NCBI GenBank assembly: GCA_964640195.1
Contig: CAZXIC010000001.1
Coordinates: 8,544 to 72,543 of the forward strand
Length of the DNA stretch: 64,000 nucleotides
Source: an uncultured archaeon
GTDB taxonomy: Archaea; Iainarchaeota; Iainarchaeia; Iainarchaeales; GCA-2688035
Reading direction: 5' to 3'
Positions 35,173-44,269 of the stretch are shown here, in pieces; within the stretch, counting starts at the first letter, position 1; the number at the start of each line of letters is the position of its first letter. Under the pieces are notes generated by a model that made no database searches, was not told where the DNA came from, and saw only the letters and a program-made list of their open reading frames with translations. A program made the position numbers and the translations under genes.

Positions 35173-35736
35173 TTACCCCTTGCATGCATCCGCAGCAGCT
35201 TTTGCAGCCTTTTTGTTCAACTCAGCAACTGCCTTCTTGCCTGTTGCGCCAAAGTGCTCATCAATTGCCCTGTCAAGCGCCGGAAGCGAGACCTCTTTTG
35301 TCAAAGCGCAGAAAGCGCCGAGAGAGGCAATGTTCACAAATGGCTTTCCGATTATCTGCAAGGCAATCTCCGTGATGTTGATGGGCTCAATTGAAAAGCT
35401 GCCGTTCACGTGCTTTCTCAATTCCTCCTCTTTCTTATCCGTGTTGATTATAAGCGTTCCGCCCTGGTGCAATCCTGCTGCAACATCCACTGCTTCAAGC
35501 AGCGTAGGGTCCAGAACAATAACATAGCTGGGCTCGTAGACGTGCTGTCTTACGTTAATCGGCTTTTCATCGATTCTGACATAGCTCTCAACAGGCGCTC
35601 CTGTCCTCTCAACCCCGAAGTTCGGGAAAGCCTGGCTGTATTTCCCGTCCTTGAAAGCCGCGATTGCAAGCACCTGTGCGCAAGTGACAGCGCCTTGGCC
35701 CCCTCTGCCGTGGATTCTCAGTTCCTTAAGAGCCAT
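35173..35736 (-). CDS. porG: pyruvate:ferredoxin oxidoreductase, gamma subunit
   Basis: Track ORF trimmed to MALKELRIHGRGGQGAVT... at 35736. First gene of the canonical porG-D-A-B order. Confidence 0.88.
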   Translation of the reverse strand: MALKELRIHGRGGQGAVTCAQVLAIAAFKDGKYSQAFPNFGVERTGAPVESYVRIDEKPINVRQHVYEPSYVIVLDPTLLEAVDVAAGLHQGGTLIINTDKKEEELRKHVNGSFSIEPINITEIALQIIGKPFVNIASLGAFCALTKEVSLPALDRAIDEHFGATGKKAVAELNKKAAKAAADACKG

Positions 35737-35844
35737 TGCAATGCCTTCCGGGCTTAAGCAGCGCAATGCCAGGCTGCTTTTTGTAATAGAGTGAGAGAAG
35801 GAAAAAGTTAAAAAACAACTTTTTACATAGTTATCCTCTTATAA

Positions 35845-36117
35845 ATGCTGCAGATTCACGCGATGGTTGAAGGATACGTGCAGGGGGTTAATTTCCGCTA
35901 CTATACTGTGCAGCATGCCAGAATTCTTGGGGCAAGGGGCTTTGTTCGCAACCTTGTTGACGGCAGGGTTGAGGTTGTTGCCCAGGGCAACAAAGCGCAG
36001 CTGGAGAGAATGATTGAATGGCTGCACAGAGGCCCTGCATCTGCAGCAGTGGAAGAGGTTGCGGTTGAATGGCAGAAGCCTGGGAAAAAATTCACGGGCT
36101 TCTCAATCGAATATTAA
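35845..36117 (+). CDS. acyP: acylphosphatase
   Basis: 90 aa. VEGYVQGVNFRYYT and GFVRNLVDGRVEVVAQG motifs. Confidence 0.88.
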   Translation: MLQIHAMVEGYVQGVNFRYYTVQHARILGARGFVRNLVDGRVEVVAQGNKAQLERMIEWLHRGPASAAVEEVAVEWQKPGKKFTGFSIEY

Positions 36118-36605
36118 ACCGCTTTGAGTTCAAGCGTAACAGTTTCTGAAAACTGCTTGCCGTTGATTGCTGTTGTGATAACCAAATCATATGAACCAGA
36201 GTAAACAGTGCTGTTCGGATTCGGCCTGATTGAAAAGGGGTTCAGGGTCCTGTACTCGCCCTTGCCCAGCGTGTCAATAACCCTGCTCTGGGGGAAAACA
36301 ACAAGGGATTCGGCTGCAACAGCATGCACGCTTACAACAACATCTTTCGCAGTCGCGTCACTGACGTTGTTTATCGTAACAGTTAGGAAGGTGTTTGTTT
36401 GGCCTTTTGCCAATTCCAAGGGATTTGGCTCAAGTTCAGCAACAATTGGCTTCGGCTGCAGGATTACTGCCAATGCAAGCAGGCAGACAAGGGCAACGAT
36501 TACCACTCCTAGCCCAAGTATAGGATACTTGAACTGCCTGAAAGAGAAGCGGAAGCCGAAGTTCAGCTTGACCTTGCCCTGGTCGTAGATTCCCATCAAT
36601 ACCAC
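36114..36605 (-). CDS. N-terminally anchored single Ig-like (CARDB-like) domain protein (hypothetical)
   Basis: 163 aa. TM helix ILGLGVVIVALVCLLALAVIL, then TFLTVTINNVSDATAKDVVVSV, a typical beta-sandwich signature. Confidence 0.5.
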   Translation of the reverse strand: MVLMGIYDQGKVKLNFGFRFSFRQFKYPILGLGVVIVALVCLLALAVILQPKPIVAELEPNPLELAKGQTNTFLTVTINNVSDATAKDVVVSVHAVAAESLVVFPQSRVIDTLGKGEYRTLNPFSIRPNPNSTVYSGSYDLVITTAINGKQFSETVTLELKAV

Positions 36606-36651
36606 TTAATACTATGGTTTTCCAGTTAATAAAAGTTGCGGGAAAAAACAG

Positions 36652-36939
36652 TTAAGGCAGGGTGAACAGCCTGTTATCCTGCTTTCCGTCCAGGAAGCCC
36701 GCCCTGACGCCGGCATCCAGCCAGGCATGTGCATAGCTGTAGGCAGCGAGAGCCAAATCCAGTTTGCCCTGCTCTTCAAAATGCTTCCCGTCCTGCAAAT
36801 AATTGCGTGCCATTGAAAGGAAATCGGCTGCAATTTTCCGCTCTTTCTCTGTTATGCCTTGCTTGATTGAAACCTTTTCAAGGGCCTTGTCTGTGAGGCT
36901 TTTGTATCTGGCAACTCTTCTCAGCAGAGAATCCGGCAT
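36652..36939 (-). CDS. DUF357-family archaeal protein
   Basis: 95 aa. ...FLSMARNYLQDGKHFEEQGKLDLALAAYSYAHAWLDAGVRAGFL matches my recollection of the DUF357 pattern. Confidence 0.6.
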   Translation of the reverse strand: MPDSLLRRVARYKSLTDKALEKVSIKQGITEKERKIAADFLSMARNYLQDGKHFEEQGKLDLALAAYSYAHAWLDAGVRAGFLDGKQDNRLFTLP

Positions 36940-37194
36940 TTAAAGCACCTTATAGATGTTTCTTCTGTGCCCTACTTTAATTACGAAAACAATTAATTTG
37001 TCCTTTCTTAGGTCAAGCAAGACCCTGTACTTGCCAACCCGCAACCTGTAAACGTCAAACCCCACAAGCTTTTGCACATGCCTCTCTGGATTGAAAACAA
37101 GCCTCCGCAATGCAAGAGAAATCCTCCTCTGAATCTCTTTCTCAAGCTTGAGGTACTGCCGCTTTGCCTTCGGGCTGAAGATAATTTGGTACAT
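36940..37194 (-). CDS. RelE/ParE-superfamily type II toxin
   Basis: 84 aa. MYQIIFSPKAKRQYLKLEKEIQRRI...YRLRVGKYRVLLDLRKDKLIVFVIKVGHRRNIY. The start abuts the stop of the upstream antitoxin (TGAATG). Confidence 0.75.
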   Translation of the reverse strand: MYQIIFSPKAKRQYLKLEKEIQRRISLALRRLVFNPERHVQKLVGFDVYRLRVGKYRVLLDLRKDKLIVFVIKVGHRRNIYKVL

Positions 37195-37413
37195 TCAAAG
37201 CCCTGCTTCCTTCTCAACCTGCTGCAGGGCATAAACTCTGCCTTTTGCGATGTCTTTTCTGGCCTGTTCAATGTCACTTTTTGTTTCCTCTGAAAGCTCC
37301 ATAGAATCCTCCAGCAAATCCCAGATTACATCCTCATAGCTCTCCTTGTCGTAGAGCTTCCTGCGCTGCAGGGTCTTGCGCAGTTCCTTGCTGATTTGGA
37401 TAGTAGTTTCCAT
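37195..37413 (-). CDS. putative antitoxin partner of RelE
   Basis: Track ORF 37195..37431; the likely start is METTIQISKELRKTLQRRKLYDKESYEDVIWDLLEDS... Small and acidic, immediately upstream of the toxin. Confidence 0.55.
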   Translation of the reverse strand: METTIQISKELRKTLQRRKLYDKESYEDVIWDLLEDSMELSEETKSDIEQARKDIAKGRVYALQQVEKEAGL

Positions 37414-37446
37414 AACAACTATATAAGGCACTATAGTATTAAAAGC

Positions 37447-38208
37447 CTAATGCTGCAATAATCCCAATGCTTCCCTTTCCTTCTCAGTGAGCTGCGCTGC
37501 AATCACAAGCGACTGCGGGAACAGGGCATAGCCGCTTCTGAGCAGCTGCTGCAGCTCAGCAACCTTGACAACCTGCTTTTCGCTGCCCAGAGCATACAAG
37601 CCGACAAGGGTTGCCTTCTGCAGTATCCCCTTTCCCTGCTTTTTCTCTATCCTCTGCAGGATTTTCAGTGCCTGACTTACATCCATCATCCTGTTATTCT
37701 CCTTGTCAATGTCAAGCAGGCAAAGAGTATGCAAGCCATTGCTGAAATTCCTTTCAATGACCTCGTAAAAAGACCCAGGGGCATAGTTTTCCCTGGGAGC
37801 AACGATTGTGCAAGTCCTGCCGAACCTGTACTGGTCCATGCCTGCTGCGCCCAGGAAATCGTAGATTGAGACGCCTGCAATCACTTTCGACTCAATGCCG
37901 AGGCGCCTTGCGTCAAGCAGCAGCTGCACGTGCGTTGTCGCGCTCAGGGCATTCCCGAAAACAAGCAATGCAATGCTTTCGCTGCTTTTCTTCGCTTCCT
38001 TCAGGACAAGGCTGAAGCCCTCTTCCACGCCATGCCTGTCCAATTTGATTAAATCTTTTCCAAGCAGCTTTTGCAGCTCTTCAATCGAACCCTCGCTGTA
38101 CGCGCTTGTATAAGTGTCCAGGAAAACCCTGCTGCACCTTGCAACCGCTTCCTTTGCCTCAAGCGTCAGGTGCAATGGCTTCAGGCCGACTCCGATGAGA
38201 TAGAACAT
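37447..38208 (-). CDS. dphB: diphthine synthase (tetrapyrrole-methylase fold)
   Basis: 253 aa. MFYLIGVGLKPLHLTLEAKEAVARCSRVFLDTYTS, later ALLVFGNALSATTH. An archaeal/eukaryal-specific enzyme. Confidence 0.88.
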   Translation of the reverse strand: MFYLIGVGLKPLHLTLEAKEAVARCSRVFLDTYTSAYSEGSIEELQKLLGKDLIKLDRHGVEEGFSLVLKEAKKSSESIALLVFGNALSATTHVQLLLDARRLGIESKVIAGVSIYDFLGAAGMDQYRFGRTCTIVAPRENYAPGSFYEVIERNFSNGLHTLCLLDIDKENNRMMDVSQALKILQRIEKKQGKGILQKATLVGLYALGSEKQVVKVAELQQLLRSGYALFPQSLVIAAQLTEKEREALGLLQH

Positions 38209-38289
38209 AGGATAAACTGTGCAGGGTTAATAATTAAAAAGAAATTATTTCGAATCCGATTCCAGATTAACTGCCTTCCGCAATATGCC

Positions 38290-39036
38290 CTATGCCAGTT
38301 TCTTACTTTTTTCCCACAGGACCCTGAAGAATTTTTTGTTTGTTTCGGTTATTCCCTTGCTTTCAATCACTATCCCAGTGAAGCCTTTTTCTTCAGGGAA
38401 GAAGATTAGTGATTTGTTCCCGTAAATTATCGTTGACGAGGGCAGCCTGAACTCGTAGGGAAGTATTCTTACTTCTGTTAGAGCCGCCCTTATTGCCTCC
38501 TTCCCCGCTATTTCCGGTGTTATGACGTATTTTCTTTTTATTTTTCTCCTGATTCTCCTACGCTGCCAGTGGGCAAAAAATACAGGGTCTATTTCCGGTC
38601 CCTTTGCGGTGTAGCCTATCCCATACAAAACAGTTGGCTCTTTTATCATGTCGTTCATAACTGTCTTGAATCCCTCCCTGCCCTTGAATATTTGCACTTT
38701 TGTTTCCTCCTCCAGCGGTCTTTTGATTGACTCAAGTTTCGGCAAGATTTCCCTTAACCTTCTTTCCTTTTCTTGCAGCAGGTCCAGCAATTTGCCTGGC
38801 TCGGCAGCACTGAAATATTTCCTGTTCTCTTTTATGATGTAACCCACAAACCCCTTTGTTATCAGGCTGTTGAGGGTTTCGTATGCAAGGGAGCGGTTGA
38901 CTGCTGCCCTTTCTGCAATCCTGCTCGCAAGTGATGACCCAAGCTCAAGCAAGGTTAGGTAAATTTTTGCCTCTCTCTCGGTCAGGTTCAGCTCCTTCAA
39001 AACACTGGTTTCGTCCACGATACAACCAAACTTCAA
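38290..39036 (-). CDS. TrmB-family transcriptional regulator
   Basis: 248 aa. LTEREAKIYLTLLELGSSLASRIAERAAVNRSLAYETLNSLITKGFVGY, plus a TrmB-type C-terminal domain. Confidence 0.8.
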   Translation of the reverse strand: MKFGCIVDETSVLKELNLTEREAKIYLTLLELGSSLASRIAERAAVNRSLAYETLNSLITKGFVGYIIKENRKYFSAAEPGKLLDLLQEKERRLREILPKLESIKRPLEEETKVQIFKGREGFKTVMNDMIKEPTVLYGIGYTAKGPEIDPVFFAHWQRRRIRRKIKRKYVITPEIAGKEAIRAALTEVRILPYEFRLPSSTIIYGNKSLIFFPEEKGFTGIVIESKGITETNKKFFRVLWEKSKKLA

Positions 39037-39108
39037 AAATGGTTTTAAACCTATGTTTTGTTGTAAAATAAAAACAACAAATAATTAAATACCCCGGCTG
39101 AGCAGTTT

Positions 39109-40002
39109 ATGTATAAGCCATTCTCTTTTCTGGTGGGATATATGGACAAAGAAAAGCTGTACTGGGAAATAGTGCAGCGGAATTTTGGGGTATACTCAAG
39201 AGAGGAACAGAAAAAGATCCGTTCAGCAAAGATAGCCATTGTTGGAATTGGCTGTAACGGCGGCATTGCCGCATATGCGATGGCAAGAATGGGCATTGGC
39301 ACGCTAAACCTCATTGATTCTGATGTCAATGAAACATCAAACCTGAACAGGCAGCCCATGGCAACATATTCAACAATCGGCATGAAAAAGGTTGAGGCAG
39401 CAAAAAAAATAATTGCGGAGCTGAATCCGACGGTCGCAGTAAATGCAATTGACGCAAGAGTGGACGAAAACAATGCAGAATCGCTGATTGCAGGCAACAA
39501 TGCAGTGCTACAGTGCATGGACAACATGCCGAGCAGAATAATCCTGCACAGGGCGGCAAAAAATCTTGGAATTCCCACAATCACAATGACAGGGCAGCCG
39601 AAGTTCAGATCCTTTGTTTCAACTATGATGCCTGATGGCCCGCTTTACGAGGAACTGTTCGGGTTGGATTTTGTGAAGGGGAGGAAAATTGGGCAGAACA
39701 AGGCGCTTATTAAAAAAATTCAGAAACTTAAAATTGAACGTGTCAAAGAGGCGCTGAACAAAGGCGTGAGCAAAGAATGGTATACTGAGTTTTTGGAAAA
39801 GAAGGCTGGCTGGGGTATAACCCCTGAACGTGCATACCTGACAGGGATGTTGCAGGTACATGAAGCAATCAGGGTCGTCCTTGGAAAACCCCCGCTTGCT
39901 GTTGCACCGAAGGCAATTGTTGCTGACCTGGCAAATCCGCCGCACCTTGTTTCAGTGCAAGAGCCGCCGAATGGGAAATCGTGGGACTTCAGGGAGTTTT
40001 AG
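39109..40002 (+). CDS. ThiF/MoeB/HesA-family adenylyltransferase (E1-like), no CxxC zinc motifs
   Basis: 297 aa (alternative start M at 39142). KIAIVGIGCNGGIAAYAMARMGIGTLNLIDSDVNETSNLNRQ is the nucleotide-binding/arginine-finger block. Confidence 0.75.
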   Translation: MYKPFSFLVGYMDKEKLYWEIVQRNFGVYSREEQKKIRSAKIAIVGIGCNGGIAAYAMARMGIGTLNLIDSDVNETSNLNRQPMATYSTIGMKKVEAAKKIIAELNPTVAVNAIDARVDENNAESLIAGNNAVLQCMDNMPSRIILHRAAKNLGIPTITMTGQPKFRSFVSTMMPDGPLYEELFGLDFVKGRKIGQNKALIKKIQKLKIERVKEALNKGVSKEWYTEFLEKKAGWGITPERAYLTGMLQVHEAIRVVLGKPPLAVAPKAIVADLANPPHLVSVQEPPNGKSWDFREF

Positions 40003-40011
40003 GCGATTCAA

Positions 40012-40428
40012 ATGCAGGGCGACTTCAGAAGATTCATTGCAAAGCCGGAGATAAGAAAAACAACTGAAATAAAAAAGCATCTCGGCAATGCTCCCGGCAA
40101 TAGGTGGGTTTTTGCAGACGATAGGGTACTGCCGGAAGCAAACATTTACCTGATAGCGAGGAACGTGAAGGGGCTGTCAGCAAAGCCGGAGCAATACGTT
40201 GAGCCGCACAAGCATGATGTTGACAGCTTCTTTGTGCTTATCGGGGATGAAGAAGGTTTAAAAGGGCTGGAGGCAGAGGTTACAATGGAAAGCAAGGTTT
40301 TCACGGTAAGTTCGCCGGCAATGGTCTTCATCCCGAAGGATGTAAGCCACTATTACCGGCTGGTGCGCGGCAGCGGAAAATTCCTCAACATAGTCTTGGA
40401 CAAAAACTACAACAAAATCACAAAGTGA
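40012..40428 (+). CDS. hypothetical protein, cupin-like
   Basis: 138 aa. EPHKHDVDSFFVLIG ... MVFIPKDVSHYY is reminiscent of the two cupin motifs. Weak. Confidence 0.35.
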   Translation: MQGDFRRFIAKPEIRKTTEIKKHLGNAPGNRWVFADDRVLPEANIYLIARNVKGLSAKPEQYVEPHKHDVDSFFVLIGDEEGLKGLEAEVTMESKVFTVSSPAMVFIPKDVSHYYRLVRGSGKFLNIVLDKNYNKITK

Positions 40429-40440
40429 GGGCGTTTCGCA

Positions 40441-41382
40441 TTGGTCGAAATCCTTGGTTCAACCCTGCGGGAGGGGGAGCAGACGCCGAATGTTTCCTTT
40501 TCCCTTCAACAAAAAATCAAAATCGCTAAAATGTTAGACGAATTCGGCGTAGACTTCATTGAAGCAGGAATGCCTGCCCAGTCAAAGCAAATAAAAGAGG
40601 CTGTAAAGAAAATTGCCGGACAGAAACTGGGTGCAGAGATAATGGGGCATGCAAGGGCGCGGAGGGAGGACATCGATGCAGTAATCGACTGTAACTGTGA
40701 TTGGGCAGGCATCTTCATGGGGATAAACGAATTAAGCCTGGAGCACAAATACCACAAAACAAAAGCTGAAGTTATCAACATGATTGTTGAGTCTATTATC
40801 TACGCCAAGGACAACGGCCTAAAGGTAAGGTATACTGTTGAAGATGCCACCAGAACTGATTTAAAAGATTTGATAGGGATCGCCAGATTAGCCAAAAAAG
40901 CCGGGGCGGACGTATTAAGCCTTGCTGATACAACCGGTACAATAAGCCCGGAAAAATTTTACAATGTAGTCAGCAAACTAAAGAAAGAAGTTGCCATTGA
41001 TTTGGAAGTGCACTGCCACAACGATTTTGGTCTGGCTTTGGCAAATTCACTGGCAGCCTACAGAGCAGGCGCGAAAATAGTAGATGCCTGTGTCAACGGT
41101 CTTGGGGAAAGGGCTGGTCTGACTCCGCTGCAGGAACTGTGTGTTGCCTTGAAATTGATATACAAAGAGAAAAACAGCTGGAAGTTAGAGAAACTGCCAG
41201 CGATTTCAAGGATAGTGGAAAAATTTTCAGGGATAAAGGCAGACAGGCTGAGGCCCATTACAGGAGAAAACGCCTTTACCCACACTGCAGACTTGCATGT
41301 TAAAGCCATAAAAAACGAGCCCAAATGCTATGAAGCAATAAATCCAAAGATTGTGGGGAGAAAAAGAAAATTCACACAATAA
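40441..41382 (+). CDS. HMGL-like (LeuA/CimA/NifV/AksA family) 2-oxoacid:acetyl-CoA condensing enzyme, catalytic TIM barrel only
   Basis: 313 aa with a TTG start. Motifs: ILGSTLREGEQTP, FGVDFIEAG, LADTTGT, VHCHNDFGLALANSLAAYRAGA. Lacks the C-terminal LeuA-dimer/regulatory domain. Confidence 0.75.
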   Translation: MVEILGSTLREGEQTPNVSFSLQQKIKIAKMLDEFGVDFIEAGMPAQSKQIKEAVKKIAGQKLGAEIMGHARARREDIDAVIDCNCDWAGIFMGINELSLEHKYHKTKAEVINMIVESIIYAKDNGLKVRYTVEDATRTDLKDLIGIARLAKKAGADVLSLADTTGTISPEKFYNVVSKLKKEVAIDLEVHCHNDFGLALANSLAAYRAGAKIVDACVNGLGERAGLTPLQELCVALKLIYKEKNSWKLEKLPAISRIVEKFSGIKADRLRPITGENAFTHTADLHVKAIKNEPKCYEAINPKIVGRKRKFTQ

Positions 41383-41459
41383 GGCAGGGGAAGAAACAGG
41401 GTAATTGAGTTGGAGAAAGGGAGAAAGGTAAGGGAGATAAGAACCTAGGGGCAGCGGCT

Positions 41460-41876
41460 TCACACATTTCTTGCTATAATTTTGGCCAACTGCCGGGGTA
41501 TTTTTTTCAAAGCATCTAAGATATCCAACTGAACGCCGATGCCTTTCTGCAATTGACCGACCATTAAGGCTTGGCTTGACCTCATCAAATCAGGAATTTC
41601 AAGCGCAGGATTTTCTTCAAAGGCAGTAAAACTGATTGTGGGATTGCCAAATTGAGCAATAACCGCATCTTCCAATTTTTGCTTGAATTCTTTTATTTGC
41701 TTTTCATCGCCTTCCAGCTGAACCTGCATGGTTGTTTCATCGACATTAAAAACACTGGCTTTCTGGAAAGGTGAATTAAGTAACCTTTCCAGGATAAAGG
41801 CTCTAACGCCCTTCTCTGTAATGACTTCCTTCTCCTCAGCCTTGATTAAAAAACTGCCTTTCATTCTTTTCACCAA
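41460..41876 (-). CDS. hypothetical protein
   Basis: 138-aa clean ORF. No motif recognised. Confidence 0.35.
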   Translation of the reverse strand: MVKRMKGSFLIKAEEKEVITEKGVRAFILERLLNSPFQKASVFNVDETTMQVQLEGDEKQIKEFKQKLEDAVIAQFGNPTISFTAFEENPALEIPDLMRSSQALMVGQLQKGIGVQLDILDALKKIPRQLAKIIARNV

Positions 41877-41955
41877 GCGGTATAATTATAAGAACCGATT
41901 CCATCTATAAAAGACTTTGGTTGCATCGGCAAAAAACGAAAGACAGTTTGCCCAA

Positions 41956-43605
41956 TCAAGCCATTGCCGCTGCCTCTTTATCCGCAACAAACACAAAATT
42001 CTTGTGCGGCTTTAATGCAACAGCTGGCCAGCGCAGAAAGTCTTTGCTGTGCAGCGTCGCAGCGATTGCCTTTGACTTGTGCTTTCCGCCTGCGAGCAGC
42101 AGCACTGCCTTGCTGTTCTCCCTTATTGTCCGCAGGCCGATGGTAATCGCCTTTGCCGGTGCTAGTCCACTTGTAAAATTCTTTCCGTTGACTTTCCTTG
42201 TCTGCTGCTTCAGCCTGACAACCCTTGTGCTTCCATAAGGACAGCTGCCCGGCTCGTTGAAAGCAACGTGCCCGTTTCGCCCGATGCCCAGGATGCACAA
42301 ATCAATGCCCTGCCTCCTGATTGCAGCTTCGTGCTTCGCGCATTCCATTTTCAAATTGCGCGCCGCACCGTTCAGCAGGAAAATATTTTGTTTTTTTGCG
42401 TTGATTTTGTCAAGCAGCCTGTGCCTGAGGTAATAGCTAAAGCTGTTGCCGTCGCTTTGCTCTAGTCCGGCATACTCATCAATTGCGAAAAACTTCGCCT
42501 TGCCGAAATCAATCTCCCCTTTTTTATATTTTGAAACCAGAATCTTGTACAGCAATTTCGGTGTTTCGCCGGTGGCAAGCGCAAGGGAAGCGTCAGGCTT
42601 TTGCCTGAGCAAATCAATTAAAATCAAGGCAGCTGTTTTGCTCATTACAGCATAGTTTTTCTCAACCAGCAGCATTGGCTTGTTGTGCACTGCAACAAAG
42701 CGCTCAACCGCTTTTGCTGTGGGGGCAGCCAGGCCGTGCTGCTGAACTTTCCTTGCTGCAACAAAGTTCGCTGCAAGCAGGCAATTGCGCATGCTCCAGT
42801 TGCGTAGCAGCCCGAAAGCGAAGCCTGCGTTGAACGCGTCGCCCGCACCTGTGCTATCAACAGCCTTCACCTTCAACCCCTTTGCAGCAATTGGCTTTGC
42901 TCCCTGTGTGAAAAGCGTTGCGCCCTTTGCGCCCTGCTTCAGCACAACACACCTGCAGCCTTTCCTGAGAAGGAAGCTTGCCCTTGCACCTGTTGTTTTT
43001 CCTTTTGCAACGTGCTTCAGTTCTGTTTCATTCGTGAATAGGATGTCAAAGAACGGAAGGAATGCACTGATACCCCGCCTGCCTGTCCTGTCAAAGCAGG
43101 TGTCAAAGCAGGTGATTGCGCCGCGGTTCCTTATTTTCTTCAGCAGCTGCGGGAATCCTTTGCGCATGTTCGCCACGTGGAAGAATCCGCCGAATAATAC
43201 AATGTCACCAGCACGCAGCTTGGGCAAAAGCAGCTGTACAGCCTTCGCCGAAGTAAGCTCAAGCAGGCAGTTCTTTATTGACTGGATTGCCCTCTCGCCG
43301 CGCATGTCCACTGCTATGCTGCTGAATGCATTCTTCTGCCTGCTCTTTACAAGGGATGTTGTTACCTTTGCCTTTGCCAGCTCACTAAGCAGGAACGGCG
43401 TTGCGAAATCACTGCCGATGACGCTGACAAGCACCGGCTGCAGCCCCAGCTTAGCGGCGATTACGGCAAAATTCGCGGCGTTTCCGCCTATGCTGAACTC
43501 AAGAGCCCTTAAAGCATGCTCTTCGCCGAATTTGGCTGGACAGGATATTCCCTGCAGCACATCAACGTCCAGGTCACCGACAGCAAACAATTTCCTTTCC
43601 AGCAT
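41956..43605 (-). CDS. fusion protein: N-terminal PfkB-family sugar kinase plus C-terminal NagB-type glucosamine-6-phosphate deaminase/isomerase
   Basis: 549 aa. Kinase half: GGNAANFAVIAAKLG, NETELKHV, DSTGAGDAFNAGFAFGLL. Deaminase half: LALATGETPKLLYKIL, ILGIGRNGHVAFNEPGS. Confidence 0.8.
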   Translation of the reverse strand: MLERKLFAVGDLDVDVLQGISCPAKFGEEHALRALEFSIGGNAANFAVIAAKLGLQPVLVSVIGSDFATPFLLSELAKAKVTTSLVKSRQKNAFSSIAVDMRGERAIQSIKNCLLELTSAKAVQLLLPKLRAGDIVLFGGFFHVANMRKGFPQLLKKIRNRGAITCFDTCFDRTGRRGISAFLPFFDILFTNETELKHVAKGKTTGARASFLLRKGCRCVVLKQGAKGATLFTQGAKPIAAKGLKVKAVDSTGAGDAFNAGFAFGLLRNWSMRNCLLAANFVAARKVQQHGLAAPTAKAVERFVAVHNKPMLLVEKNYAVMSKTAALILIDLLRQKPDASLALATGETPKLLYKILVSKYKKGEIDFGKAKFFAIDEYAGLEQSDGNSFSYYLRHRLLDKINAKKQNIFLLNGAARNLKMECAKHEAAIRRQGIDLCILGIGRNGHVAFNEPGSCPYGSTRVVRLKQQTRKVNGKNFTSGLAPAKAITIGLRTIRENSKAVLLLAGGKHKSKAIAATLHSKDFLRWPAVALKPHKNFVFVADKEAAAMA

Positions 43606-43669
43606 AAGCGATAACTGAATTAGAAAGGGCTGAATTGGTATTTATTTTTTTCCTATGGATTAATCCTGT

Positions 43670-44269
43670 ATGGTTAAAGCCCTTGTTGTTATTGCACATC
43701 CTGACGATGAGACAATCTGGTGCGGCGGCACGATTCTATCGCATCCGGATTGGGATTGGACTGTTCTCAGCCTGTGCAGGAAGCATGATAAGGACAGGGC
43801 GCCAAAATTCAGGGAAGCCTGCAGGCAGTTGAATGCCAAGTGCACTATTAGTGACTTGGAAGATGAAAAGCCAGAGCAAAGCCTGAGCTCGCTTGGGGAA
43901 GTCAAGTCGCGCATTGTTAAGATGCTTGCTGAAACAAGAGCCGGCAACCGATTCGATTTCATCTTCACGCACGGCGAGAACGGCGAGTACAATCACAACA
44001 GGCACAAGGAAGTGCACAACGCAGTGAGGGAGATGATTGAAAGCAGCGAGCTGCAGTGCAGAAAAATTTTTTTCTTTAACTATAAGCTTGCGGAAGATGC
44101 GACGCACTGCGAGCCGGACACTGCCACAGCCGACTCGCTTACTCGACTGAGCGGGCGAATCACCCGAAAGAAAAATTTATTAATCTCTTCAACCTATAAG
44201 TTTAATGTAGACAGCTTTGAAAAGCGAAGCTGTTTTTCTATTGAATCTTTCAAGGTAAAAGAGGCATGA
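43670..44269 (+). CDS. PIG-L/LmbE-family N-acetylglucosaminyl deacetylase
   Basis: 199 aa. ALVVIAHPDDETIWCGGTI and IFTHGENGEYNHNRHKEVH motifs. Confidence 0.8.
   Translation: MVKALVVIAHPDDETIWCGGTILSHPDWDWTVLSLCRKHDKDRAPKFREACRQLNAKCTISDLEDEKPEQSLSSLGEVKSRIVKMLAETRAGNRFDFIFTHGENGEYNHNRHKEVHNAVREMIESSELQCRKIFFFNYKLAEDATHCEPDTATADSLTRLSGRITRKKNLLISSTYKFNVDSFEKRSCFSIESFKVKEA

Noticed and set aside
42785-43618. 277-aa plus-strand ORF antisense to the PfkB-NagB fusion gene
   Set aside because: The opposite strand carries unambiguous PfkB and NagB signatures. The plus-strand product is Ser/Pro/Phe-rich with no motifs. Shadow ORF.
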